38,313 bases of DNA. It comes from Ignavibacteria bacterium (GTDB lineage: Bacteria > Bacteroidota > Ignavibacteria > Kapaibacteriales > UBA4661). Where the stretch lies: NCBI GenBank assembly GCA_013298375.1, contig JAAFHM010000003.1:1-38313 (forward strand). Direction: 5' to 3'. The notes beneath the pieces are model-generated. The model was not told the origin of the DNA and ran no database searches. It saw nothing but the letters and a program-made list of their open reading frames with translations. Position numbers and translations under genes: made by a program. This document shows positions 14,670-24,664 of the stretch, in pieces; within the stretch, counting starts at the first letter, position 1, and each line of letters starts with the position of its first letter.

Positions 14670-14741
14670 GCAGCGCCGCCCAAGCCTAGAAAACACAAGC
14701 GGCGCTGCTTTTTCCAAAATTACCATTTCGGAAATCGCAAT
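14670..14741 (+). promoter_or_regulatory. leader unit, copy 3 (no promoter part)
   Basis: GCAGCGCCGC/GCGGCGCTGC stem then TTCCAAAA..TTTCGGA..GCAATATG. Confidence 0.6.
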
Positions 14742-14975
14742 ATGGCAACGAAAGAGCAAATACACAACGCGAATTTACTTTCGCAAGCAATGAGAATGCA
14801 CGACGTGGCGACAAAAGTTGAAGGCGTGACTAAGCTACTAAAGGAAATCTTGGGTATGAACTATGAAGGCATTTTAGAGCCATCAGACGTTGTGAGTATG
14901 TACAACACGTGCGAGGCGCTTGAAAAAGTGAGCGCTCGGAAGATTCAAGAATCGCTAACGAAGCAAATACTGTAA
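14742..14975 (+). CDS. small helical protein, paralog B
   Basis: LLSQAMRMHDVATKVE. Confidence 0.75.
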   Translation: MATKEQIHNANLLSQAMRMHDVATKVEGVTKLLKEILGMNYEGILEPSDVVSMYNTCEALEKVSARKIQESLTKQIL

Positions 14976-14982
14976 CCAACCC

Positions 14983-15009
14983 CACCCCGCTCCCAAGCGG
15001 GGTGCTTTT
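14983..15009 (+). terminator. intrinsic terminator at the convergence with the tail operon
   Basis: CACCCCGCT CCCA AGCGGGGTG CTTTT. Confidence 0.75.
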
Positions 15010-15571
15010 ATCCCCTGTGCAGCGAAATATCCGCATCCAATACCGTCAGCGTCTCAGCCGCCGCGCCCTCGTTAAACACGCGCACGTCAACTTTTAGCAC
15101 GTCGTCCGTTTCAATCCAGATGCGTTCGTTTAACGCTAGTTGCCAGACCGTTGAACTCGATTTCGCTTTGTGAAGGGTGAACGCTGCATCCGACGTAAAC
15201 CCATTCCGTGTAATCCGAAATGCCAGCACCCAACGCCCAAGATTGGCGGTATGCGTTACATTTACGCGCACTTCCACACGCACAAAGGCAAATTCGGGGG
15301 CTGTATAGATGAACGGCGTTTGCGAGGTAACCGCCGCGCTGGGGCTTTGCGCATCATTGGTATTGATGCTGAGATTTGTCCACGCTTTTGGCGACACGGG
15401 CGCGGTTTGTGGAGCGGTAAGGCGATACCGCGCAATAAGAACGGACGGCGTTCCCTGCTGCCCGACTGTACTGCCGCCAGCACTTGCGCCGGAAGATGTG
15501 CTGCCGCCAAGTTCGCCAAGAATTTGTTTGCGCAGGATAGAATGGTTCTTGTTGGTACTTACCGAAGGCAT
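15008..15571 (-). CDS. putative tail tip/receptor-binding beta-sandwich protein
   Basis: Last gene of the tail operon; Gly/Ser linker then beta-rich domain. Confidence 0.55.
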   Translation of the reverse strand: MPSVSTNKNHSILRKQILGELGGSTSSGASAGGSTVGQQGTPSVLIARYRLTAPQTAPVSPKAWTNLSINTNDAQSPSAAVTSQTPFIYTAPEFAFVRVEVRVNVTHTANLGRWVLAFRITRNGFTSDAAFTLHKAKSSSTVWQLALNERIWIETDDVLKVDVRVFNEGAAAETLTVLDADISLHRG

Positions 15572-17415
15572 CAGAGGACTCCTTCTTTAGGTGAAAAAAA
15601 CTCTAATTCTGCCGTACCTGCGAAAATATTTATTGTGCTGCTTACAAGAAATGCCTTTGTTGGCTGGACGCAATACCAAGGGAACAAGCCGTTTCCAAGC
15701 GAAAAAACTTTGCCAACGCTGAGCGGCAGTACTTCAGCAAGAATCTCTTTTCGCGCTGTCTTTGCGGGAAACTTTACTTGGTCGTAATCGCCGAACAAGG
15801 TAAGAATTTCTTGCGCAACAAGCGTGTGAAGCCCCGTTGTTTCGGTCCAGCCACGAACAACGTAATCGTACTCAGCCTTTCCCCACTTCCAGTCCCGCCG
15901 CAGAACACCCGTTAAATCGCTTGGCGCTGACTTGCTCACAGAAGGTGTAGTCAGAACCGAAGCGCCGTTGTCAAATCCGCACGAGGGGTGAACCGCTACC
16001 ATATTTCCCCCAACAAGCGCATACAGCTTGGTTGTATTGTATTTCTGACTTACAACGCGGTCGGCGGAGTCAATCTCTTTCTTTTCGCCCTCGCTCTCCG
16101 GCGTGGCGTTATGCCAGAAGAGTTTTAGCGCCCAATCCTTATCGGCGAAACTCGCACCCGTAATGGTGTAGCGAACATTGCTAATATTCTGTGCGGCAAT
16201 TTCTACACCCCTGTACACCGCAGCGCCTCTGTCCTCATCGGTTACTTGCAAGTCGTCAGACGTTAACGTTATACCCGAATATTCGCCGCGCATCGGGTCA
16301 AGATGGAAATAAGTGAACACGTCATAGCGCACAATGCAACCCGCTTCGTAACACTCTTTCAAAACGTCGAATATCGTCTCGCGTTGATAAAGAGCGCTGC
16401 CCGCATCCAGCAAGCCGCCACGACTTTTGCCATCAGAAGGCTCAAGAACCGAACCAATAAAGTACATCTGCGTAGTGTCAACCGTCGAACCCGCCGAAAA
16501 ATCACTCAGCACAGGCGCTTTGAGTTGCGCCCATCCCAAACCACCGACAGGGATTGTAACACCTGATATCGCCTTGCGCTCTACTTTCTTATTGATTTCC
16601 GTTGCTACTTCATCCAGAGCGCCATAAAAATCAAAGACTTTGTAAAATATCATTCCAGCGTAAGTTTCTTTCACGTCCTTCGGCTGAGTGAGAAATTGTA
16701 CTTTTTTCGGCACGTTGTCAAACTCAACATCGGCAGCGTAACTGTGATAAAATGACGGCTTTTTGCGAATGTATGTCGCCAGCATCGTTGCGTTAATTTG
16801 CTCAAGAACAAACCGAGCAGAATGAAAGAACTCAATCGTAATTGACGCAAAATTCTTGTTTTGCAGATTTTTTAATTTTGCCGATGGCGAAGGGCGCTGG
16901 CAGCCCGTAAAGAGATAGTAAAAATCTTGCACCGCTAAAGCGCTCTCTCCTTTGTCGCATTTAAGAATAATAAAATTCGTGAGTTTATATTCCGCAATAT
17001 CAGGAGCAATGCTTTGTGCAGGGTAATTTGTCGTAACGTCTATCCATCCACTGGCGCGAGGGTCGTTAGGGTCCTCGTTCCAGATCTGCACAGTTTCGGA
17101 ATAAGCAGGAATAAGCGCACTCGGCACGACCTCGGAAAGAAGCGGTTGTTGTAGCCGCAAGCGCAAATGGTCAAGCGCGGGCGAACCCGACAGCGACGCA
17201 AGGTTAAACGACACCTTAAGCGTCGGCGTATCGGTCAGTCCAATCGGCAAATCCGAAAATTTACACGCCCATTCCAGTCCCTCGTTAATAATGCAATTCT
17301 CCGGCAGCGTTACCACCGTTGGCGACGCAAGCGGCGCTGGGTCTGCGGTGTGCATCTGAACAAGCCAGCGCCAGCCGTTTGCTGCCTGAAAGCTATGCTG
17401 AAAAATAACGTTCAT
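15571..17415 (-). CDS. putative tail tip/hub protein
   Basis: 614 aa, second gene after tape measure, translationally coupled; positional call. Confidence 0.6.
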   Translation of the reverse strand: MNVIFQHSFQAANGWRWLVQMHTADPAPLASPTVVTLPENCIINEGLEWACKFSDLPIGLTDTPTLKVSFNLASLSGSPALDHLRLRLQQPLLSEVVPSALIPAYSETVQIWNEDPNDPRASGWIDVTTNYPAQSIAPDIAEYKLTNFIILKCDKGESALAVQDFYYLFTGCQRPSPSAKLKNLQNKNFASITIEFFHSARFVLEQINATMLATYIRKKPSFYHSYAADVEFDNVPKKVQFLTQPKDVKETYAGMIFYKVFDFYGALDEVATEINKKVERKAISGVTIPVGGLGWAQLKAPVLSDFSAGSTVDTTQMYFIGSVLEPSDGKSRGGLLDAGSALYQRETIFDVLKECYEAGCIVRYDVFTYFHLDPMRGEYSGITLTSDDLQVTDEDRGAAVYRGVEIAAQNISNVRYTITGASFADKDWALKLFWHNATPESEGEKKEIDSADRVVSQKYNTTKLYALVGGNMVAVHPSCGFDNGASVLTTPSVSKSAPSDLTGVLRRDWKWGKAEYDYVVRGWTETTGLHTLVAQEILTLFGDYDQVKFPAKTARKEILAEVLPLSVGKVFSLGNGLFPWYCVQPTKAFLVSSTINIFAGTAELEFFSPKEGVL

Positions 17416-17867
17416 TCGTAAAACCTCGAAATAAGTTTGAGTGTCGCCCGCTCATAGGTCTGACCGTCGCCGTCGCTTACTTCGTAACCGTTCTGCGTAA
17501 CGTGACGACCAATCAGCATTGCCCGCACGGATGCTATTTGCTTCGCCGCATTTGTGCCGTAGCGCCCCACGGTGATTTCTTTTACACGTAGCGGTCTGTC
17601 GTCTGCAAGCCATGCTTCCAGCGCCAAGCGGTCGCCGGAGTCCGGGTCTTTTGCGCTTTTAACGGTCAGATAGGGGAAAATTTTAACGGGAAATTCGTAA
17701 ATCCCGGAGTGCTGCCGCCGACCGCTCGTGTAGTGCGCAAGTTCTTCCTTCACGAGCAGCGCTGGAACGCGCAGCACGTTTATCTGGATTTCAGACAAAC
17801 CCGACGCAAAAGTCCACGCTGTGGCTTTCTCTAGGGTAAGTATAGGATATGTAGGATTGAGCGGCAT
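17412..17867 (-). CDS. putative distal tail protein
   Basis: 151 aa directly after tape measure; positional call. Confidence 0.55.
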   Translation of the reverse strand: MPLNPTYPILTLEKATAWTFASGLSEIQINVLRVPALLVKEELAHYTSGRRQHSGIYEFPVKIFPYLTVKSAKDPDSGDRLALEAWLADDRPLRVKEITVGRYGTNAAKQIASVRAMLIGRHVTQNGYEVSDGDGQTYERATLKLISRFYE

Positions 17868-20800
17868 TAGGCAATAACCTCCCGCGCTTGTACTTCGGTT
17901 ACTTTTTTCACCATTGCGTCGTGGTCGGTTTGAAGTTTGAGGTTGATATTTTGGGTGCTGACTTTCGGCACGGTTGCGGACTGCCGTTGCAAACGCTCTA
18001 TCGCCGCCAAGTGCGCTTTGATTTCGCGTAATTCGTTGGTCTGCATAGCGGCAATAATGCCAGCGTTGTTCATCGGAGCGACAATCACGCGCATTTCAGG
18101 GAGCGGCGCAGCCATCCGCACCGTTTCGGCGATAACGACTTGCGCATTGCGTAGCTGTACGCTTACCGTTTGCGCCACTTCCTGCACCATTCCGCGTACC
18201 TGACGCGCAATATCGCCAGCGCGCTGCGGAAGATACTGCTCCTCGAAATACTGCTCCGACGTTTTACCCGTGTGGATGTATTCGAGGTATTTCCTCTCTC
18301 GCCGCGTCGTTGCTGCGGTGGAGACGAACTCTTGCCCGTGGACTACGCCCGCTACGTCGCCTTCGCGCTTATTGCCTGTGTAACCGCCTGTGCGGAAGCC
18401 GCCAAGTGCGCTTGCTACGGCGCTTTCGGCGAGACCGATTGCCGCATACAGTGCCGTCGTGAGCAATGCTGCTTTCGCAACGCCAGCTATCCCCGCAGTT
18501 GCAACCGACTCGGCACTCGCAAGCGAGAAACCCGTGATTTGCGCAACCATGATAGGGATAAGGGATTTCAGTACACCGAAAAGCGTTTTAACCAGCGACT
18601 TCCCAAAGTTTTGACCGTCCGCTATCATCTGCCCAAAACTCGCACCCGCAGCCAGAGCCACGTTTGCAAAAAGTTGTTGCTGTTGCGCTGCTGCGGATTC
18701 TTCGATCTGTACTTGCTCCTGTTTTTTAGCAGTGTAATCGTTTTGCAGCGCTTTGAGTGCCTCGCCTGTCGCTGTTTGCTGCGCCAGCAAATTTGCGTCG
18801 AGTTGCTGCGCAAGTTGATTGCGCCGGACAAGCGTATCCTCGAATAATTTCAAACGAGACTTTGCATCGTCGGCAATGCTCTTGAAAACAGGCGACAAAA
18901 CCTCTTTCGCATTCGCCTTCAGACTTGCATAAAAATTATCCAGCACCCCTTTGATATTCAGATTGCCGAGGTTTTGCAGGAACGCGCCCACGTCTGCGGC
19001 TTGTCCGTTGCCGCTTAATTCCAAGCCCTGCGCTTTGAGTTGCAGCGCCCGAACTCGCTTGTTGTACTCTTCAAGCGAAACCTCCTTGTTCCGTAGCTGC
19101 GCTACAAGTACATCCTCCTCTTTTTTGAGCGCCTCTTTTTCTTTGCCAGCGCTGGCGTTACGGCGCTCTTCGGCTGCTTTTTCGATGGTGTCGTAGTGAT
19201 CTTTGTACAGCGTTTCCCGCACCCCGAAAAGCGCCCGAATAAGCGGGTTTTCTTTTGCAAGCTGCTCCGCTTCCGCTTGCGCTTGCTGTGAGGCAATACG
19301 CGCTATTAGCTCAAGTTTGCGCTGCTCATTGTCGCCTACTTTTGCTAACTCCTCTTGGAGTTGTCTATCAAGTCCGGCTTTGCGTAATTCAAACTCTGCG
19401 CGGCTGGTGGAAACGGCTTTGGCTGCGCGGAAATTGCCTGTGGCTTCGATAATGTCGAGTTCGTATTTCAAACGCGCTTGAGCGATTGCGGCGGCGTTAT
19501 CTCCCGCAGCCCTAATTTCCGCATCACGGGCAATGCGAGACTGAGCAAGCCGAAGAGCGTACTCGCGTTGCGTCGAATCGGTAAGAGACTTTGCCCGAAT
19601 TAACTCAAGTTCGTTTTGTTGCTGTATTTCCGCGTCTTTCTCTTTCTTTTTTTGTTCATCAATCTTTACGGCAAACGCATTTATTGCCGTCGAACCAAGC
19701 AGGGAGCTATCGCTGCTTTCCAGCGCAGTTTTGAATGTTTCTTTTAACGATTTGATTTGCCTGTTGATGTCGTTAGGATCAAAAAGCCCGTCCGCGCCCA
19801 CCTTGAAATCAAGTTTTTTGAGCGCAGCCTCGTACTCGGGCAGTCCCGCGATAAAGTCTTGAACTTCTTTTTGCTGCTGCTTTTCCAGCAAATCTTTTCT
19901 TTTTTCTCCACGCTTTGTAATCGTTGCTATATCCTGCGCAATCAATAAATCAATTTCTTTTTGCAAAGACTCAAGATTTTTTTTCGTATCATCGTCATCT
20001 CTTTTTCGCTTTGCCTCGGCATCCTCTTTGGCAAATTGCAGCCCTGCATCTCGGCGTTTTTGCGCCGCTTCCGCTTCTACCCGTTTAATATCCTCGTCCT
20101 TGCGGGCAAGGTCTCGCCCGGTAAGTGCTTTTGCCAGTGCATCATATTTTTTATCAATTTCAATCTTGCTTTTTTGATAAAATTCTTCGTCGGCAATTTC
20201 TCGAATTTTAAGTGAGCGAACATTGTCAATCGTTTTTCGCGCCTCGGCACGGCGCACTTTCTCCGTCTCTAAAGCAGAAAGGGCTTGTGCTTTATCAGCT
20301 TCTTTTCTAGCCCCAAATTCAAACTGCTGTTCGTTTATTTTTGCGGCTCTGGCACGTTTTGCCGCTTCTAAACTATTGTCGGCAACGGCTTTTGCTGAGT
20401 CCGTTTGCTGCGTGGCAATAGCTTTTAACTGCAATTCAAGTTCTATTTTTTCCCTGTCAAGTTCTTCTTTCCGAATTTTTGCGCGGTCTTTTGATTGCTT
20501 GTCCGCGCTTTGACTGCGCAATATTTCTTCTTGCTTCAGGACTTCTTTTGCAACTTCTCCGAGTCGTGCTTTTACCGCGACGGTGTTAAGCCCAAGTTCA
20601 CCAAGTGCGGATAAATTCTTACCAATCGCTCCTTTTAACCCTTGCAAGCCTTGCTCCCACTGCTCCGCAAGTTTGCTTACGTCCAGTTTAGGTACAATCG
20701 GCGCTGTTAAGGCATTGACAAGTTCCGATGCAGCAACCTTTGATTTCACAACCTGCTCTGTCAATTTTGTAAACTCTTCTTTGCCCGCTACGCCCGCCGC

Positions 20801-22987
20801 TTGTGCCTGTCTTACCGTCCCCCGCAACGCCTCCGTATTCTCATCCACAGCCAGCTTTGTTTCCTTGTACTTCGTTTTCAGTTCGTCTTGCTGTTTGATT
20901 GCCTCTTCGAGTTGCTTCTTTGCCGCCGCATCGTTGGGATTTGCGCGGAGTTTGGCTTGCGCATCGAAGATTGCTTTTTGGACGTTTCCTAAATCTTTAG
21001 CATAGCCCGCCAGCGCCGTTTTGTTCTGCTCTAACTGCGTCACTTGCGCCGCAAAACCGTCTTTCACTTTTGCAATCGCGGCAACATTGTCACCCGCCAG
21101 CAACTTCTTTTGCTCTGCGGCATATTCCTGTACTTTTTGGATATTGAGGTCATAGACCGTCACAAGATTCCCATTTTCATCGGCAATCTTTTTAATACCT
21201 TGCACCGCGCCCGGCACAGACCGCGCTATTGCTTCGGAGATATTTGCTTTGTCGGCGGCGCTGGTACTGGTGTCGCCCAGTTTTTTGATTTGGTCGTCCA
21301 GCAATGCCAGTTTGTCGGTCTCTATGGGGATTTGTCCAAGCCGTGCTAGTGCTGGCGCGGTTGCTCCGATGCGCTCTTGGATTTCTTTCGCTTGCGCGGC
21401 AATCGCGGCTGCTATTTTTGCGTCACTAGCTGCCTTTTCCGCCTCTTCTACCCCTTTCTTGAAATTCTTTGCAATATCAAAATCGCCTTCAAACACCCCT
21501 TGTATTGCCGCGCCAACACCAGAAAGTTTTGCGGCAATATTGTCAAATACTGAAGAAACAATAGCGCTCAAATCCGCAAATATTTTTCTTCCCAATTCTG
21601 TTTTCGTAAAGAATAATGCAAGAGCCAGCGTCACGGCGGCGAAACCCGCAATAATCAAACCAACAGGGCTGAGAATTGCCAGCCATGCTGCACTTGCCGA
21701 TGCCGCTATCCCCGCAAACGAGGCGCTACCGATTGCGCCGACCGCAGCAAGAACGCCGCTCACAATAGCGCCAGCGCTGGAAAGAAGAGCAAAACCATTA
21801 ACGACAAGAAAGATTGCCCCTCCAAGCACAGCCACTACCCCTGCGGCGATGCCAATTACTTTTAGCTGTTCGGCAAACGATGCGGCAAACTTTGTCACCG
21901 AAACAAACGCCCCGACGATACCGCCAATGCTGGAAGCAAGAGAGCCAATAACGGAAAAAACTATTTTCAAACCACTGCCAACGGACTTAAAGACCTCCAC
22001 GACCGATGACTTAATCGCCCCAAAGGTCTCGCTGCCAAAAAACGTGTTAATGCTGCCGGCAATGCTTTTCGCTATTTCAAAAACGGGTGCGCCAATGTCT
22101 CGGAATGCCTGACTGATGTTATCTGACAGTGTAGAAAGTTGCCCTTCAAACGAGTTTGAAAGCGCTTTCATACCGCCGCCAAATTTATCCCCCGCTAAAT
22201 CTAGCGTTGCCTTGAGTGCTTTGTCAAGCGGGGAGGTGAGCGAACCCGCCTTGTCAAACTCAATCCCCACGCCCTTTAACTGCTCTTTTGTAACAATCCC
22301 CAACTCCTGAAAACGAGATATAGCCTCACCCGTTGCACCAGACGAAAATTTCCCAATAAGCAAAGAAATCTCCTCGAAAGACTGCCCCGTCCCTGCGGCG
22401 ATGTCGCCAGCAATAGAGCGAAGTTGTTTGCTATCTCTGCCGGTCTTTTCGATTGCCTTTTGCCCCGTCAGACCGAATCCAAGCAAAACTTTTTCCGCTT
22501 TGACAATTTCCGGTAAATCAAAAGGAGTCTCCGCGCCAAATTTTGCCAACTCCTCCAGCGTGGCTTTTGCCTTCTGTGACGAACCTTGCAGCGTTGTAAG
22601 TTGAATCGTATATTTTTCAAATTCTGCGTTGCTATCAATCATCGCTTTTGCCACGCCCGCAAGACCACCTGCAAAAGACTGAACCGCACCTCCGAGCAGA
22701 ACACCCGCAGCTGTGCCGAGTGCGCTTTTCAGCACACCCGCACCTTCGGACGCACCTTTGAGAGCATTGCTCAAACCGCTTAATCCGCCCGAACCCCCTG
22801 AGTCAAGTTCTTTTTTTGCCGCACCAACAGACCGCAAGCCCGCCGCCGCTTCCTTCGCTCCATCGGCACGAATGGGAATAACAGCCGCCCGCGCCTGCCC
22901 GACAACCTGCGTAAGCGCTTGTCGAACCTGCGCGAGAGGCTGTAAAAACCCCTGTATGTCGAGCTTTATCGCGGCTGTGAGTGTCAT
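17867..22987 (-). CDS. tail tape measure protein
   Basis: About 1700 aa, Ala-rich and helical; FGAETPFDLPEI tape-measure motif; hydrophobic segment; C-terminal FRTGGYTG..AGVVHGQEFV; start 22987 by ATGA overlap. Confidence 0.93.
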   Translation of the reverse strand: MTLTAAIKLDIQGFLQPLAQVRQALTQVVGQARAAVIPIRADGAKEAAAGLRSVGAAKKELDSGGSGGLSGLSNALKGASEGAGVLKSALGTAAGVLLGGAVQSFAGGLAGVAKAMIDSNAEFEKYTIQLTTLQGSSQKAKATLEELAKFGAETPFDLPEIVKAEKVLLGFGLTGQKAIEKTGRDSKQLRSIAGDIAAGTGQSFEEISLLIGKFSSGATGEAISRFQELGIVTKEQLKGVGIEFDKAGSLTSPLDKALKATLDLAGDKFGGGMKALSNSFEGQLSTLSDNISQAFRDIGAPVFEIAKSIAGSINTFFGSETFGAIKSSVVEVFKSVGSGLKIVFSVIGSLASSIGGIVGAFVSVTKFAASFAEQLKVIGIAAGVVAVLGGAIFLVVNGFALLSSAGAIVSGVLAAVGAIGSASFAGIAASASAAWLAILSPVGLIIAGFAAVTLALALFFTKTELGRKIFADLSAIVSSVFDNIAAKLSGVGAAIQGVFEGDFDIAKNFKKGVEEAEKAASDAKIAAAIAAQAKEIQERIGATAPALARLGQIPIETDKLALLDDQIKKLGDTSTSAADKANISEAIARSVPGAVQGIKKIADENGNLVTVYDLNIQKVQEYAAEQKKLLAGDNVAAIAKVKDGFAAQVTQLEQNKTALAGYAKDLGNVQKAIFDAQAKLRANPNDAAAKKQLEEAIKQQDELKTKYKETKLAVDENTEALRGTVRQAQAAGVAGKEEFTKLTEQVVKSKVAASELVNALTAPIVPKLDVSKLAEQWEQGLQGLKGAIGKNLSALGELGLNTVAVKARLGEVAKEVLKQEEILRSQSADKQSKDRAKIRKEELDREKIELELQLKAIATQQTDSAKAVADNSLEAAKRARAAKINEQQFEFGARKEADKAQALSALETEKVRRAEARKTIDNVRSLKIREIADEEFYQKSKIEIDKKYDALAKALTGRDLARKDEDIKRVEAEAAQKRRDAGLQFAKEDAEAKRKRDDDDTKKNLESLQKEIDLLIAQDIATITKRGEKRKDLLEKQQQKEVQDFIAGLPEYEAALKKLDFKVGADGLFDPNDINRQIKSLKETFKTALESSDSSLLGSTAINAFAVKIDEQKKKEKDAEIQQQNELELIRAKSLTDSTQREYALRLAQSRIARDAEIRAAGDNAAAIAQARLKYELDIIEATGNFRAAKAVSTSRAEFELRKAGLDRQLQEELAKVGDNEQRKLELIARIASQQAQAEAEQLAKENPLIRALFGVRETLYKDHYDTIEKAAEERRNASAGKEKEALKKEEDVLVAQLRNKEVSLEEYNKRVRALQLKAQGLELSGNGQAADVGAFLQNLGNLNIKGVLDNFYASLKANAKEVLSPVFKSIADDAKSRLKLFEDTLVRRNQLAQQLDANLLAQQTATGEALKALQNDYTAKKQEQVQIEESAAAQQQQLFANVALAAGASFGQMIADGQNFGKSLVKTLFGVLKSLIPIMVAQITGFSLASAESVATAGIAGVAKAALLTTALYAAIGLAESAVASALGGFRTGGYTGNKREGDVAGVVHGQEFVSTAATTRRERKYLEYIHTGKTSEQYFEEQYLPQRAGDIARQVRGMVQEVAQTVSVQLRNAQVVIAETVRMAAPLPEMRVIVAPMNNAGIIAAMQTNELREIKAHLAAIERLQRQSATVPKVSTQNINLKLQTDHDAMVKKVTEVQAREVIA

Positions 22988-23229
22988 AGTTCCTCGTTCC
23001 AATCCTGCACCCAATCGGGCAGGTCGTTGTTGTTGCGTGATTGCGCCGTATCCTCTGGCGTGTTTTCCTTGATTTTTGCGTCAGCGTAGGAAAGCAGCCA
23101 GTAGAGCGGCATATTCATTGCGTCTCTGTGTTTCGTAATATCGCCGCCTGTTACTAAACGGACGGTAAAAAAATGCGGGCTTGGCGGCTGGTCGTAAATT
23201 GGCACGAAGTCGCCTTGCGCCTCAGCCAT
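22984..23229 (-). CDS. tail assembly chaperone C-terminal extension (gpT-like), reached by -1 frameshift
   Basis: Frame is open back to the slippery site at 23307..23313. Confidence 0.7.
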   Translation of the reverse strand: MAEAQGDFVPIYDQPPSPHFFTVRLVTGGDITKHRDAMNMPLYWLLSYADAKIKENTPEDTAQSRNNNDLPDWVQDWNEEL

Positions 23230-23249
23230 TCCTACCCAGCTATCGTCTT

Positions 23250-23750
23250 TTACCTCATCAGTGAAAAGATAGCGAAAACGTTGTGGTAGCTCTTGCGAGC
23301 GAAAACGAAAAAATCAGGAAGGCAAGCAAGAAGCTGTTGATAGTCTTCGCTAAGAAGATTCCCAATAATCTGCATTCGTTCCGGCACATCCTTTTGGTTG
23401 AATATACGGTCATCCTCTGGCAGAAACAGAATTGCGAGCAGTTCGCGTAACACAGCTTTTTCGCCCAGCGCTGCATCTATTAGCATACCGATTGCATTGA
23501 GCATTTCTACTGAATCTTTGTCGGCATCTTCCTGAAGCCCAATCACGGTAGGCAAAATATGCTTCAGCAAAGAGAGTAGGCGTTCATCCTGAAGCCCTGT
23601 TAGCTCTGTTCTGAAGTTTACAATACGATATTTTCTTCCTGCTCTGTCAGTGAATCCAAGCGTAGTGTCCTGCTGCCATACTTCCTGTGGTGCGGGAGAT
23701 TGCTGTTGGTCTCTTTGTTGAGCCGTGAGTTTTTTTACTTCCTTTGCCAT
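23250..23750 (-). CDS. tail assembly chaperone (gpG-like)
   Basis: Lies between major tail and tape measure; likely start MAKEVKK. Confidence 0.7.
   Translation of the reverse strand: MAKEVKKLTAQQRDQQQSPAPQEVWQQDTTLGFTDRAGRKYRIVNFRTELTGLQDERLLSLLKHILPTVIGLQEDADKDSVEMLNAIGMLIDAALGEKAVLRELLAILFLPEDDRIFNQKDVPERMQIIGNLLSEDYQQLLACLPDFFVFARKSYHNVFAIFSLMR
23307..23313 (-). other. programmed -1 frameshift slippery heptamer
   Basis: GAT TTT TTC gives T TTT TTC; the -1 frame reads without a stop into MAEAQG. Confidence 0.75.
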
Positions 23751-23837
23751 CGTTGTCGTCCAAAAAATGTGTGAGAAAAATTGCCTCGCCCCGCCGCCTT
23801 GCAAAGCAAACGGGGCTGTGAGGCAAAGGGGTTTTGT

Positions 23838-24401
23838 TTAGTTCTCCGCAAATGCGTACAAGTCGCCGGGCGCAACCGTTACCGAAGCGGGACGGTCGGC
23901 GGCGGGAAGCGCCAGAAGCGGATTGCCGGGCGTATTGGTCGTGTCAATAGTAACAACGAGGTTTGCCGCACCGACATACGGGCTTGCCGCGAAGGAGAAC
24001 GGGAAATCCGAACCGTTGTTTTTCAGTTCAAACCCTTCCGAAACCTTGACATTCGGATATACATAGACACCCGTTTTGCCGTTGAGCGGCTTTTCGTTAT
24101 CAACCTTGATAACGCAATAGCTTTTCCCGCGATTCTTCACAAAGAAATCCAAAAGTTGGCTTGTGCGCGGACGGAATGCCGTACCTTTGAACGTGATTGC
24201 CCCCGAACCGCTTGAAAGCGTATAGGATACTCCGCTTTCGTCAACTTCTGTCGTGTCGGAACCGGTCGCGAAGCCGAAAGTGGATTCTTTGATTATTGGG
24301 AATTTCTTCACCGTTGCGACAACAAGTGCGCCTGTGGTGTCATTTATCTCAATAAACCAAGCGTAACTACTGCCAGTTTTGGTGGGATTTAGTCTATCCA
24401 T
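23838..24401 (-). CDS. major tail (tube) protein
   Basis: 187 aa beta-rich protein before the chaperone and tape measure genes. Confidence 0.7.
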   Translation of the reverse strand: MDRLNPTKTGSSYAWFIEINDTTGALVVATVKKFPIIKESTFGFATGSDTTEVDESGVSYTLSSGSGAITFKGTAFRPRTSQLLDFFVKNRGKSYCVIKVDNEKPLNGKTGVYVYPNVKVSEGFELKNNGSDFPFSFAASPYVGAANLVVTIDTTNTPGNPLLALPAADRPASVTVAPGDLYAFAEN

Positions 24402-24464
24402 GATTGTGTTCTCTTAGAGAGTAATGGTATAGTGAGTTGAAGCCCCTTTGCCTCAGCGCTCTAC

Positions 24465-24659
24465 CTATTGCGCTTCGCTGGTCGGCTTGGCTGGTGGTTT
24501 TTCTGTGTTGCTTGTTTTTTCAGCAACGATTTCCACAAAGCCCTGCTTTGCCAGCGTTTCCGCCAGATGTTTTTCGACGTTCTCCCTGAAACTGCCAGAC
24601 TTTACTTCGTCTGCGTTCCACGTAAAATCTTTTACTATTTTGACTTTTACAGTTTCCAT
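24465..24659 (-). CDS. small virion-region protein
   Basis: VKVKIVKDF..LAETLAKQGFVEIV, a type often seen in morphogenesis operons. Confidence 0.6.
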   Translation of the reverse strand: METVKVKIVKDFTWNADEVKSGSFRENVEKHLAETLAKQGFVEIVAEKTSNTEKPPAKPTSEAQ

Positions 24660-24664
24660 GGTTC

